41,521 nucleotides of DNA, from NCBI GenBank assembly GCA_023136155.1, contig JAGLRT010000009.1, positions 1-41,521 of the forward strand, in the 5' to 3' direction. The stretch comes from Methanosarcinales archaeon (GTDB taxonomy: Archaea > Halobacteriota > Methanosarcinia > Methanosarcinales > Methanocomedenaceae). The notes under the pieces were generated by a model, which saw only the letters and a program-made list of their open reading frames with translations, ran no database searches and was not told the origin of the DNA. Positions 1 through 9,175 of this stretch are shown here, piece after piece. Both the position numbers and the translations under genes were made by a program. Positions within the stretch are counted from its first letter, which is position 1. Each line of letters begins with the position of its first letter.

Positions 1-1297
1 CTGCATCCACCGGTCCCACGCCTGTACTGGCTGCGACCTTCGCTACACCATTTACCATTGCCTTAACCGAAGCCGTAGGAGTAATGATGTTCCCAGTCAT
101 AACAGAAACTTCAATCAGGTCTACCGGACGTTCTGATCTTTTCAGCTTGCCCATGGTGTCTTCTGCAATTGCGAACAGGTCACCGTCAGTAATCCTTTTG
201 CCTTTGTTGCTCAGGTCCTTCATTCTGGACATTATCTCGCTCAGCTGCTCAGGGTCCGGTTCAAGTCCGGCGGCATTTAAGGATTGGCTGACTGCATGTT
301 TGCCAGCATGCTTGCCCAGGACAATCCGGCGTTTATGACCTACCATTTCAGGAGTCATTATTCCAGGCTCAAAGGTTTCTGATTTGGTAAGCACACCGTG
401 AGTATGTATCCCACTCTCATGTGCAAATGCGTTTTCCCCGACAACCGGCATTAGGGGTGATATCCTTACGCCTGTGTAACTTTCAACCAGATGTGCGGTT
501 TCTATCAAGTACTCGGTCTTGATGTTGGTATTTGCCCCGTAGATACTCTGTAGGCTCATAACAGTCTCGGCCAGGTCAGCATTACCTGCTCTCTCGCCCA
601 GGCCATTTATAGTGACCTGCACCTGCAGGGCGCCTCCTTCAACAGCAGCCAGGCTGTTAGCCACTGCCAGCCCGAAGTCATTGTGGCAATGAACATCAAT
701 TGGAATGGTGATATCCTGTTTGATATCTGCTATCAGGGCCTTCATGGCCGAAGGTACGAACACGCCTACTGTGTCGGGGACGTTGATTACATCGCAACCT
801 GCTTCCTGGACAGCAATGCTTATCTGTCGAAGGTAATCAAAGTCGGTACGCGTAGCATCCATGGGACTGAACATACATTTTGCCCCGTGGTCTTTTATAT
901 GCTCAACCGCCCTAATGGCCATGTCAAGCACTTCATCCCTGCTCTTCTTGATAGTATTTATGCGCTGGATATCTGAGGTGGGCACGAAAGTATGCACCAT
1001 ATCCACATCACAATCCAGGCATGCATCAATATCCGACAACACTACCCTTGATAATCCACACACGTCCAGTTCAAGACCCATTGCTGCTATCTCGGTGACG
1101 TTCTGCTTTTCCCCGTCAGATGACATAGGAAACCCGGCTTCGATTATGTCCACTCCAAGTTTGTCAAGCTGAGTGGCAATGTCTTTTTTCTGCTCAAAAG
1201 TCAGAGATACGCCAGGGGTCTGTTCACCATCACGCAGTGTGGTATCAAAAATAGTTATGTGTGTTCCACGTATCGATTCAGGAATATAGAAAACGAT
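1..1297 (-). CDS. 2-isopropylmalate synthase / (R)-citramalate synthase family (LeuA/CimA); 3' end runs off the window and the start codon is unresolved
   Basis: My own minus-strand translation; this ORF is not in the ORF track. Motifs seen: ...[44 protein letters not shown]..., [33 protein letters not shown], and a C-terminal regulatory-domain-like [14 protein letters not shown]...GVGPVDA. The frame is open from the window edge up to the in-frame TGA at 1301-1303. Confidence 0.85.
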   Translation of the reverse strand, partial: MVFYIPESIRGTHITIFDTTLRDGEQTPGVSLTFEQKKDIATQLDKLGVDIIEAGFPMSSDGEKQNVTEIAAMGLELDVCGLSRVVLSDIDACLDCDVDMVHTFVPTSDIQRINTIKKSRDEVLDMAIRAVEHIKDHGAKCMFSPMDATRTDFDYLRQISIAVQEAGCDVINVPDTVGVFVPSAMKALIADIKQDITIPIDVHCHNDFGLAVANSLAAVEGGALQVQVTINGLGERAGNADLAETVMSLQSIYGANTNIKTEYLIETAHLVESYTGVRISPLMPVVGENAFAHESGIHTHGVLTKSETFEPGIMTPEMVGHKRRIVLGKHAGKHAVSQSLNAAGLEPDPEQLSEIMSRMKDLSNKGKRITDGDLFAIAEDTMGKLKRSERPVDLIEVSVMTGNIITPTASVKAMVNGVAKVAASTGVGPVDA

Positions 1298-1430
1298 CCC
1301 TCATTTTAGATTCTTTCATTTTTAAAAAACCTCAATTATAACATCGTGTTATTGTATAAAAGGATTGTGAAGATTGACCGGGCATGTCGCATTGTCGCAT
1401 TATTACTTTCAGTCTGCTCTTGGCTCGGGC

Positions 1431-1438
1431 TTAATATA
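1431..1438 (+). promoter_or_regulatory. TATA-box-like element (TTAATATA) in the divergent intergenic region
   Basis: An archaeal TATA-like octamer lies about 25 nt upstream of the GGGAGGTGA Shine-Dalgarno sequence at 1459-1467. Confidence 0.3.
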
Positions 1439-1473
1439 GTCCCTATCAAACTACATGCGGGAGGTGAAAATTG

Positions 1474-1593
1474 ATGGAAGATGAATTCTGGACTGGTATC
1501 GTAAAACGTGCCGCCAAATACCAACCTATCAACCGCCGTAGCCAGTTCAACCGGCATTTTAACAAGATATCAACCGTACATAATGGTCAGTAG
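1474..1593 (+). CDS. Candidate small basic protein (39 aa, MEDEFWTGIVKRAAKYQPINRRSQFNRHFNKISTVHNGQ)
   Basis: It is below the ORF-track size cutoff. The ATG is preceded by a near-perfect SD (GGGAGGTGA, 6-nt spacer) and a TATA-like box. I recognise no homology. Confidence 0.3.
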   Translation: MEDEFWTGIVKRAAKYQPINRRSQFNRHFNKISTVHNGQ

Positions 1594-1652
1594 GTGCAAT
1601 CCGGCTTGCAGTTATAGGTATGTATTTCAATGTGTGACACCTACTTTAATTC

Positions 1653-2498
1653 ATGGAACAGGCAGACAGAGACACTGTTGACAAAAACAGCGCCATTGAC
1701 AAGAATGACACCATTGCCGATAGTGAAGTTGTCAATAATAGTGAAAAGCTAATGGTGATTCCCCTTGGTAAAGAATCTAAAAAAATAACCCAGGTTATTA
1801 CTAATGACACGGCGAGGCAGGTTATAGAACTGCTTGCCGACCAATCCATGAGTGTTTCTGACATTGCTCACAAGCTGGATGTACCGCTGACCACCATCAA
1901 GTACAACATTGAGAATCTGGTGGATGTGGGGCTGGTAAAGGTCGAGCACATCAAGTACAGTGAGAAAGGGCGGCAGGTCAAGATATATGGCCCGGTTCGC
2001 AAACTCATTGTATTGGTACCTGAAAAGACTGATAGCGCATCCATAGCTGATATATTGAAGAAATACATTGGTGTCGTCCTGGCAGCTGTGTTTGCATCCG
2101 GTATTGTGGAAGTCCTGACAGGTGGATTCGGCAAATCCATGAGCATACCGAATGAATCTGGATTTGCACCCGTTCTGGTTCCCGAGATGGAAGCTGCGCC
2201 CAATGTTTCTGAAAGAACAATGGATTCAGTTGTCAGTGTAATGAATGATACGGTACAAAAGTCGCTGTCCAATGAAACCATGGCTGCAGCCACTTACTTT
2301 CAAGAAGCAGTTGAAGAGGGGGCAGAATTACCAACTCATATACCAACTCCGTTCCCTGAACCATCAGTGAGTGTTGAATCAATCCGGAATGCTGCTGACC
2401 CGGGGCTGTCATCACATATGGGTCTATGGTTCCTGTTGGGTTGTATTTTTATAATCACTTTGGTAATTATCGTTGATTATTACAGGCGAAACAAGTAA
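1653..2498 (+). CDS. ArsR-type winged-helix transcriptional regulator with C-terminal membrane anchor
   Basis: The HTH region reads TARQVIELLADQSMSVSDIAHKLDVPLTTIKYNIENLVDVGLVKV. There are hydrophobic segments GVVLAAVFASGIVEVL and a C-terminal LWFLLGCIFIITLVIIV. Confidence 0.65.
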   Translation: MEQADRDTVDKNSAIDKNDTIADSEVVNNSEKLMVIPLGKESKKITQVITNDTARQVIELLADQSMSVSDIAHKLDVPLTTIKYNIENLVDVGLVKVEHIKYSEKGRQVKIYGPVRKLIVLVPEKTDSASIADILKKYIGVVLAAVFASGIVEVLTGGFGKSMSIPNESGFAPVLVPEMEAAPNVSERTMDSVVSVMNDTVQKSLSNETMAAATYFQEAVEEGAELPTHIPTPFPEPSVSVESIRNAADPGLSSHMGLWFLLGCIFIITLVIIVDYYRRNK

Positions 2499-2561
2499 TT
2501 CTTTTCTTTATTTGGGTTACTTTTATCATTGAAACAACCCTATTTTACAAAGATTAAGACC

Positions 2562-3395
2562 ATGAGAATCGCTTTGAAAGTAGCTTATATCGGCACAGAA
2601 TTTCACGGATACCAGATACAGTCCAATGTACCCACTATTGAAGGGGAACTATTCAGGGCTCTTGAAGAACTGAACATCATTAAAGGCCCTAAAAGCGCCC
2701 GTTACATTGGGTCCGGCCGAACAGACACCGGTGTCCATGCTCTGGAACAGGTAATTGCCTTTGATACCAATAATCCAAAACTTGCCATACCCAGGGCAAT
2801 AAACAGTGTGTTGCCTCCATCTATCTGGACGTGGTCCAGAGCAGAGGTGCCAGATAACTTTGACCCCAGACGACAGGCCGTAAACAGGGAATACCGGTAT
2901 TTTATGTGCGGTGAATGTTTCAATATTCCATTGTTGCGAAAATCAACACGGGTGTTAAAAGGTACTCATAATTTCTCAAACTTTACTTCCATTGATGGGG
3001 ATAAAAATACTGTCAGAACAATCGAATCGATAGACATCAGGCTGGATGGAAGGTTCATTGCTCTTGACATAAAGGCGGACAGTTTTCTGTGGCACATGGT
3101 ACGCAAGATTGTAACAGCTTTGAGAATGGTAGGTAATGAAGCAAGGGATGTGGAATGGCTGGAGCGCATGGTGCACCCGGAAGAGTTTGAAGAAGGACTT
3201 GAACCCGCACAGGCATACGGTTTATTTTTAAAAAAAGTAGGCTATGATATTGACATAAACTGGGTCGATGATGCATATTCCAAACGGATACCTGCTGATC
3301 GACTTTTCGAGCAGTTCATGTGGCACGGTGTTATGGCAGAAGTATTCAAAGTATTAAAAGACAATATGCAGCCCAGGGAAAAAACAACCGAATGA
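2562..3395 (+). CDS. truA: tRNA pseudouridine(38-40) synthase TruA
   Basis: MRIALKVAYIGTEFHGYQIQ...GRTDTGVHALEQVIAF is typical of TruA. I prefer the ATG at 2562 over the upstream TTG at 2529 used by the ORF track. Confidence 0.9.
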   Translation: MRIALKVAYIGTEFHGYQIQSNVPTIEGELFRALEELNIIKGPKSARYIGSGRTDTGVHALEQVIAFDTNNPKLAIPRAINSVLPPSIWTWSRAEVPDNFDPRRQAVNREYRYFMCGECFNIPLLRKSTRVLKGTHNFSNFTSIDGDKNTVRTIESIDIRLDGRFIALDIKADSFLWHMVRKIVTALRMVGNEARDVEWLERMVHPEEFEEGLEPAQAYGLFLKKVGYDIDINWVDDAYSKRIPADRLFEQFMWHGVMAEVFKVLKDNMQPREKTTE

Positions 3396-3399
3396 AACT

Positions 3400-4425
3400 A
3401 TGACACTAATTGCCTTTGAACTCTCTGGAGAAACTCCTGAGATACCGACAGCTGAAATCGTAGGTGCCCTGGAATCAGCAGGCATTGACTTTTCGGTAAG
3501 GTATCAACTGGAACAAGTACTTGTTATTGAAACAACCAGTAATGATGCTGTGCTGGTAGGTGAACTTGCAAGTCGGTTGGCAATGACACGGCACATAATC
3601 GAAGTGTCAGGTATTTCATATGCAAACCTGACTGATATTATTTCGATGGCAGAAGGGATGGATATTTCAAAAACGAATTCCTTTACTTATAATGTCAGAG
3701 CTAAGAAAATTAAACGTAAAAGCCCAATATCATCTGAAGATATTGAACGTGGTATCGGCAAAGTACTGTATGACAGGGGGTACAGGGCAGACCTGAACAA
3801 ACCCGATGTCCAATACCGTGCAATCTTAACTGACAATAAATGCGTTTTCGGACCTGTAATTGCTTCCATTGATAGCAGTGCATTTGAAAGGCGTAAACCT
3901 CATAAAAAACCATTTTTCTATCCTGGAGTACTTATGCCAAAATTGGCGCTGGCTCTGGTGAATATTGCCCGGACAAAAGAGGGGAGTATTTTTCTTGATC
4001 CTTATTGCGGTACTGGCGGGATAATGGTGGAAGCTGGACTAATCGGTGCGAGCACCCTTGGTTGTGATGTTCAAAGAAAGATACTCATGGGTGCAAAGAT
4101 GAACCTGGATTTTTATTCAGTGGACTATTCGATTATGTTCCAGGATGCTGGGGGCATGGCATTGGGGGATGAATGTGTTCATTGTATTGTAACTGACCCG
4201 CCTTATGGAAGGTCGGCATTTATACAGGCACAATCATTGGACAAGTTGATGAAGAATTCTCTTTGTGAGATGTACAGGGTACTTCGACCTGGTGGGCGTA
4301 TGGTGATGGTATCGGAGCGTCCGGTTGAGACTTGGGCTGAAAATGCCGGGTTTAGGTTGGTAGAAATGTTTACTCAAAGGGTACATCGTAGTCTTACCAG
4401 AAGGATTACAGTGCTGGATAAATGA
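3400..4425 (+). CDS. THUMP-domain tRNA (guanine10-N2)-methyltransferase (archaeal Trm-G10/Trm11 family)
   Basis: The N-terminal region is THUMP-like. SAM-methyltransferase motifs are LDPYCGTGGIMVEAGL and VTDPPYGRS. It starts 4 nt after the truA stop, so an operon is likely. Confidence 0.8.
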   Translation: MTLIAFELSGETPEIPTAEIVGALESAGIDFSVRYQLEQVLVIETTSNDAVLVGELASRLAMTRHIIEVSGISYANLTDIISMAEGMDISKTNSFTYNVRAKKIKRKSPISSEDIERGIGKVLYDRGYRADLNKPDVQYRAILTDNKCVFGPVIASIDSSAFERRKPHKKPFFYPGVLMPKLALALVNIARTKEGSIFLDPYCGTGGIMVEAGLIGASTLGCDVQRKILMGAKMNLDFYSVDYSIMFQDAGGMALGDECVHCIVTDPPYGRSAFIQAQSLDKLMKNSLCEMYRVLRPGGRMVMVSERPVETWAENAGFRLVEMFTQRVHRSLTRRITVLDK

Positions 4426-4456
4426 TATTCATGCATAATAGAATGGTGACTACGAA

Positions 4457-5281
4457 ATGAATCATGAAAATCACACCGACCCAACTCTCTTAGAACTTGA
4501 GAAAATAATCGGATATACTTTCAACGATAAACACTTAGGTATAAGGGCAATAACCACCCGTGCCTATTCCAGGGCACATCCATCCATGCCCGATAACCAG
4601 GCACTGGAATACCTTGGTGACGCTGTACTGTCCCTGGTAACTGCTGAATTATTGTACGAAAAATGGCCAGAACTAAAAGACAGGGATGCCCTTTGTGATA
4701 TGACACCTGAAGGTGTGATGACAAAGATACGGCAGGAGGTGGTAAACAACCAGTATCTGACTGAATGCGCCACAAAACGCAACCTATCCCATTATATTTA
4801 TGATGAAAATGGACACCATCATCCTTTTTCCAGTACCTGTCATGGTGATGATATAATTGAATCCCTCATCGCAGCTATATATCTCGACAGTAAAAGAGAC
4901 ATAGCCCCTGCTAAGACATTCATACTTCAGTTTCTGGACCTTCTTAATCTTCTTAACAACGAAGAAGGGCTGCTTGCAATGGTGACCACCAAAAATCCAA
5001 AAGATAAACTCATACATAAAATACAGAAATTGACAAAAGACAATCCTAACATAGACTACCCGGTGATAGCAGATAGGATTAACAAGACTGAAAATACCCA
5101 TCACTTTGTACTCGGTATATGTATTGATGAAAAATTACTGCCTGGTATCACAGGAGAAGGGAAGAATAAGCTGGAAGCACAATATGAAGCGGCAGATAAG
5201 GCCTATCAACTACTTGAGGGTATCCATTGGGACCTTTCAAAGATTAATCAGGCAATTGTTGAAACAAATAATTTCGAATGA
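4457..5281 (+). CDS. rnc: Bacterial-type (class 1) ribonuclease III with C-terminal dsRNA-binding domain
   Basis: RNase III signature NQALEYLGDAVLSLV, a second acidic cluster GDDIIESLIAAIYLDS, and a dsRBD-like tail KNPKDKLIHKIQ...HHFVLGICID...GEGKNKLEAQYEAADKAYQLL. Confidence 0.75.
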   Translation: MNHENHTDPTLLELEKIIGYTFNDKHLGIRAITTRAYSRAHPSMPDNQALEYLGDAVLSLVTAELLYEKWPELKDRDALCDMTPEGVMTKIRQEVVNNQYLTECATKRNLSHYIYDENGHHHPFSSTCHGDDIIESLIAAIYLDSKRDIAPAKTFILQFLDLLNLLNNEEGLLAMVTTKNPKDKLIHKIQKLTKDNPNIDYPVIADRINKTENTHHFVLGICIDEKLLPGITGEGKNKLEAQYEAADKAYQLLEGIHWDLSKINQAIVETNNFE

Positions 5282-5361
5282 AATCAGATTTGATGATTAC
5301 TGGGTCGGATTCAAAGCAATAAATCGTTTTACATAAATATTTGAAGACTCGATACTGCTAG

Positions 5362-5462
5362 TGTCAAGTCAACCATGAAACGTATAGCGACTATCTACCA
5401 TATCTTATATGGCGCTGGCGGATTTAAAAAAATCAGGATGACACTTTACGCTTGACTTGACA
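5362..5462 (+). repeat. MITE-like repeat, family 1, copy 1 (101 bp, TIR TGTCAAGTCAA/TTGACTTGACA)
   Basis: About 93% identical over the full length to 9214-9314. It has 11-bp perfect terminal inverted repeats and no ORF. Confidence 0.8.
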
Positions 5463-5519
5463 TTATTATGGGTATAGTTATGGGCATCATACCGCCGTCC
5501 AACCTTTAACTGAAATGAC

Positions 5520-5745
5520 TCCAGGTCAGCAAACTTGTGTATACGTTACGTCGTTTTAAATGGCCATGAGAGGATGGAAAATGAGACATCACACCCGTTA
5601 AGGCTCTAATAACCATGCTTTCGGGCACCATAGGCACAGACAATATTGCGGGTGTTGACACTACCATCTCAATGTGCGGGCCGGATGCATTTTTATGGAT
5701 GTGGCTTACTGCTGTGGTGGGCATGGCCACTAAGTTCGTGGAATG
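5520..5745 (+). pseudogene. Degraded N-terminal remnant of an alanine/glycine:cation symporter (AGCS family) gene
   Basis: Own translation gives [50 protein letters not shown]. This resembles the AGCS motif FQALCTALAATVGTGNIAGVATAI..GGPGA.FWMW..A..GMATKYAE. Upstream parts are in other frames with stops, and the rest of the gene is absent. Confidence 0.6.
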
Positions 5746-7208
5746 CCCAAACCTACTTCTCTCTGGAATACCTCTGAAAAATCTTCTCTTCTAACGAGGA
5801 GTCTATGGGTCCCGTCTTTTGCAACCATGACCTTTGGCGGTCTTGGAAATGAATTAGCATTCGAAGCAAAGAAATCTGAATATGCACCTGTATCATAGAA
5901 TAATAAGTAATCTCCTCTTCGAGGTTTTCGTATTAATTTGTTCTTTATTTTACAGAGGAGATCTCCTGTAAAGCACAAATTGCCTGCAACAAATGTTTCA
6001 AAATGTTCATCCTCTTCAATATTATTTGCAATTTCTATTCTATGCAATTGTTCTGGCACTGCAGTTCCAAACGTATGGGAATTAACGCCTGCATCTACAT
6101 GAACGATGTTCTCGCCACGTGGAGTGTTTGAAACATGACCGATCTTTGCAATGGTCACTCCTGCATTTCCTATGATGCTTCTCCCTGGTTCTATAACAAA
6201 CCTTGGTGTTCCGATTTCTTCCAGTTTCTCTTTGAAGGTCTTGTTTGCAGAATATTTCTCATTGAACAATTTCCGGATGAAAGTATCCGGGGCATATGCA
6301 CTTGAGAGTTCCTCACCGATCCATTCCAGATCATTTGATTCTGCATTAAATTCATATCCAATGAATTCATCGGCCCATGTATAATTTTCTTTTCGTGTAT
6401 TTTTTATCTTCTTTTTAATTGAATTCCAATCCTCTGATTCAAAGTAAGGAATACCTAAACCCCCTCCAATATCAATCTCATTGATCTCAAATCCAATCTG
6501 CTGTGCATCTCTGGATAGATCAATGAGGATCTCAAGAACTGTGTAATAGGTACTAATATCAGTAATTTGCGATCCAAGATGAACCATCAAGCCGTTTGGA
6601 ATTAACATATCCATATCCAGGACTTTCCGGAACACTGAATTCGCTCGTTTTATATCAATTCCAAACTTACTCCAGTCACTTGAAGTGGTAATCGCCCGTG
6701 AAGTAATGTGCTTAACTGGAAACCCCGCGAATCTTATATTGATTTTGGCAGCTATTCCCAATCGAAGGGCAATTTCATTGATTATAGTTAATTCCTCTTC
6801 AGGATCAACATTTATCAATATTCCTTTTTTTATACATTCCTCAAGATATGATTCATTCTTGCAATTTCCATTTGCACGTATGTTCTCTGTCGGAATTCCT
6901 GCATTAAGGGCCAACTGCAATTCATATTCTGAAGCAACATCCGCTCCGGAACCTAATTTCGACAAAAAATTAAGGACACAATAACTTGTGTTTGCTTTGA
7001 CTGCATAACATATGAGATGATCTTTGTACTCTTTTTCAAGTGCATGTCGATATTTTTCATAATTTTTTACAATGATGTCTTCAAATAAAACAAACAGCGG
7101 CGTTCCATATTGTTTGGCCAGATCAAACATATCAGTGCCATATATTTTTCGATGGCTTTCTTCAGTTTCATCGATATACTCATTCCATGGTCCTTTGTCC
7201 AGAATCAT
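5730..7208 (-). CDS. PLP-dependent decarboxylase, fold-type III (Orn/DAP/Arg decarboxylase family), with an internal insertion
   Basis: Motifs seen: [68 protein letters not shown]. At 492 aa it is longer than typical LysA. Confidence 0.75.
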   Translation of the reverse strand: MILDKGPWNEYIDETEESHRKIYGTDMFDLAKQYGTPLFVLFEDIIVKNYEKYRHALEKEYKDHLICYAVKANTSYCVLNFLSKLGSGADVASEYELQLALNAGIPTENIRANGNCKNESYLEECIKKGILINVDPEEELTIINEIALRLGIAAKINIRFAGFPVKHITSRAITTSSDWSKFGIDIKRANSVFRKVLDMDMLIPNGLMVHLGSQITDISTYYTVLEILIDLSRDAQQIGFEINEIDIGGGLGIPYFESEDWNSIKKKIKNTRKENYTWADEFIGYEFNAESNDLEWIGEELSSAYAPDTFIRKLFNEKYSANKTFKEKLEEIGTPRFVIEPGRSIIGNAGVTIAKIGHVSNTPRGENIVHVDAGVNSHTFGTAVPEQLHRIEIANNIEEDEHFETFVAGNLCFTGDLLCKIKNKLIRKPRRGDYLLFYDTGAYSDFFASNANSFPRPPKVMVAKDGTHRLLVRREDFSEVFQREVGLGIPRT

Positions 7209-7303
7209 TTCAAACCCCCTTAGCTTAATATTGGTTCCTAAGATTTATATTGCTATTGTTTGCCTATCAATACATATATGCATTAAAAATATAGAATACA
7301 ATT

Positions 7304-8008
7304 ATGACCTATGATCTGGAAAATATAACAACAGACTTTCAAAATTTACAGGATCCCGAAAAAGCAAAACAATTATCGAGATTTTTCAAAACAGGAAAAG
7401 GTGAATATGGTGAAGGTGACATATTTCTTGGGATCAAAGTCCCTGAACAGCGTAAGCTCGCTAAAAAGTATTCAGGCCTTCCATTGGACGACATCGGACA
7501 TTTGCTGAATAGTACTATCCATGAACATAGATTGACTTCTCTGTTTATTTTAGTGCTTAAATACAACAAAGAAGACGAAAAAGGAAAGATGGAAGTCGTA
7601 GATTTTTACATAAGTAATCTAAAACATGTGAACAACTGGGATCTTGTTGACAGCTCAGCACCTTATATATTAGGCCATTATCTTCTGGATAAGGACAGAT
7701 CAATACTATTCAGATTGGCAAGTTCAGGGAATTTGTGGGAGCGAAGAATCGCAATGCTTTCAACTTTTGCATTTATAAAGAACAACCAATATGAAGATGC
7801 GTTAAAGATCTCAGGAATTCTCATCTTCGACGAACATGACCTCATCCATAAAGCCGTGGGTTGGATGTTAAGAGAAATTGGAAAAAGGGATACGAAAACT
7901 GAGGAAGAATTTCTGCAAAAACATTATCATGAAATGCCAAGGACCATGCTAAGGTATGCTATCGAGAAATTTAACAAAGAAAAACGAAATTTCTACCTGG
8001 GTAGATAG
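7304..8008 (+). CDS. DNA alkylation repair protein (AlkD-like HEAT-repeat family)
   Basis: [42 protein letters not shown] and [15 protein letters not shown]...[14 protein letters not shown] are typical of the DNA alkylation repair enzyme family. Confidence 0.75.
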   Translation: MTYDLENITTDFQNLQDPEKAKQLSRFFKTGKGEYGEGDIFLGIKVPEQRKLAKKYSGLPLDDIGHLLNSTIHEHRLTSLFILVLKYNKEDEKGKMEVVDFYISNLKHVNNWDLVDSSAPYILGHYLLDKDRSILFRLASSGNLWERRIAMLSTFAFIKNNQYEDALKISGILIFDEHDLIHKAVGWMLREIGKRDTKTEEEFLQKHYHEMPRTMLRYAIEKFNKEKRNFYLGR

Positions 8009-8019
8009 CACGTAAAAGG

Positions 8020-8931
8020 TCAGTGAGCATGAAATGTTCTCAATTTCTTATCACTAAGGGTTATTTTTACCGGTGGTGCCGGATTTAACTCACCATCTAT
8101 AGTGAGCTTAATATTTTCCTGAGTGCGAGGTATCAACTCTAATGAACGAAAAGGATAATACGTTACACGTGGGTCATTATACTGTTTTTTCCTTATTGTT
8201 TTAAGTATCAATCCCAATCCATTTAATCTTGAGAAACCCTCAGCTATCATTACAAACGGTCTATTCTTATTGGGACCATAACACTCATCCGGGAACAAAA
8301 AATACCCACCTCCCAGGCTACTTGATCCAAATCCTACCAGTACTGCAGATAAGTTATCAAATTCCATGTCTTTTCCATCTAAACGGATAGTCGCTTTCCA
8401 GGAATTGAATGTGAACAGGCTCTTTATAGCCAGGTAGAAGTATTTCAGCATTCCAATCAATAGTTTTCCTTCACTTTTCTCTCTTCTGGCGGCAACCATA
8501 GCACCAATTCCCCATTCCAAAGAGTTTAATGCATATTTTTTTGTGGCGTTATCATTATATTCAACATCGAACACATCACAATACGAAAAACCATCAATAC
8601 CATTATGGTCCTCCCGATATATCAACCTCTTAAAAAAATCATTTCCTCCACCACCCGGAAGGATTCCCATTGAAATATCCAGTCCACAGCGCAGAATTGA
8701 ATTTGCGACCGAATGGACCGTTCCATCTCCTCCCATAACAACAAGTCTTTCTGGTAAGCGTTCTTTCAACCAATCCTCTGATACATTTTGGACAGGATAA
8801 TGAATTGAATCCGAAAACCAGTGTTTATATTTTTTCTTTGCTTTTTTCCATGAAGCAGATTTTTCATTATACAATAAAACGCAACCTGCATGTTCCCCCT
8901 CATCAACTGATTCATCAAAAGGCACTATCAT
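8020..8931 (-). CDS. Diacylglycerol/lipid kinase catalytic-domain protein (YegS/BmrU-like)
   Basis: DAGK_cat motifs VVMGGDGTVHSVANSIL and GILPGGGGNDFFKRL. Confidence 0.7.
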   Translation of the reverse strand: MIVPFDESVDEGEHAGCVLLYNEKSASWKKAKKKYKHWFSDSIHYPVQNVSEDWLKERLPERLVVMGGDGTVHSVANSILRCGLDISMGILPGGGGNDFFKRLIYREDHNGIDGFSYCDVFDVEYNDNATKKYALNSLEWGIGAMVAARREKSEGKLLIGMLKYFYLAIKSLFTFNSWKATIRLDGKDMEFDNLSAVLVGFGSSSLGGGYFLFPDECYGPNKNRPFVMIAEGFSRLNGLGLILKTIRKKQYNDPRVTYYPFRSLELIPRTQENIKLTIDGELNPAPPVKITLSDKKLRTFHAH

Positions 8932-9145
8932 GATGAGCCCGCCTCACCACATTTTTGAATTGATTTTATTGTTCTGGGCATCAATTTTTGAAGTATTAAG
9001 CAGGTATCAGTCAAACTGCTTGAACAGGTAAATATGTGTTTATATATTTGGAATGCAATATTCATCAAATCAATTATGAAGCTCACCTTAAAAAGCATTT
9101 GTGTATTATAGCTTATATTTTTGAACAAGTCCCAGAGAATAATAT

Positions 9146-9175
9146 GAGATTGTCGGAAAAGTCTGATTTCCGAAC
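9146..9175 (+). repeat. Mini-copy/footprint of MITE family 2 (both termini fused), forms a 7-bp hairpin
   Basis: The sequence is GAGATTGTCGGAAAAGTCTGATTTCCGAAC. The left end matches the family 2 TIR and the right end matches the opposite terminus. The stem is TCGGAAA/TTTCCGA. Confidence 0.5.

Noticed and set aside
84-1172. Three plus-strand track ORFs (84-338, 683-976, 861-1172)
   Set aside because: The minus strand here encodes an unmistakable LeuA/CimA-family protein, so the plus-strand ORFs are antisense artefacts.
5362-5462. Possibility that the 101-bp repeat is a structured small RNA gene or an att site of an integrated element
   Set aside because: The internal hairpin in copy 1 (CCATAT/ATATGG) is disrupted, not compensated, in copy 2. 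No integrase or tRNA target is nearby. Terminal inverted repeats fit a MITE better. This remains unproven without genome-wide copy data.
5506-5730. 74-aa minus-strand ORF
   Set aside because: It is the antisense of the AGCS symporter remnant. The plus strand carries the recognisable, degraded homology.
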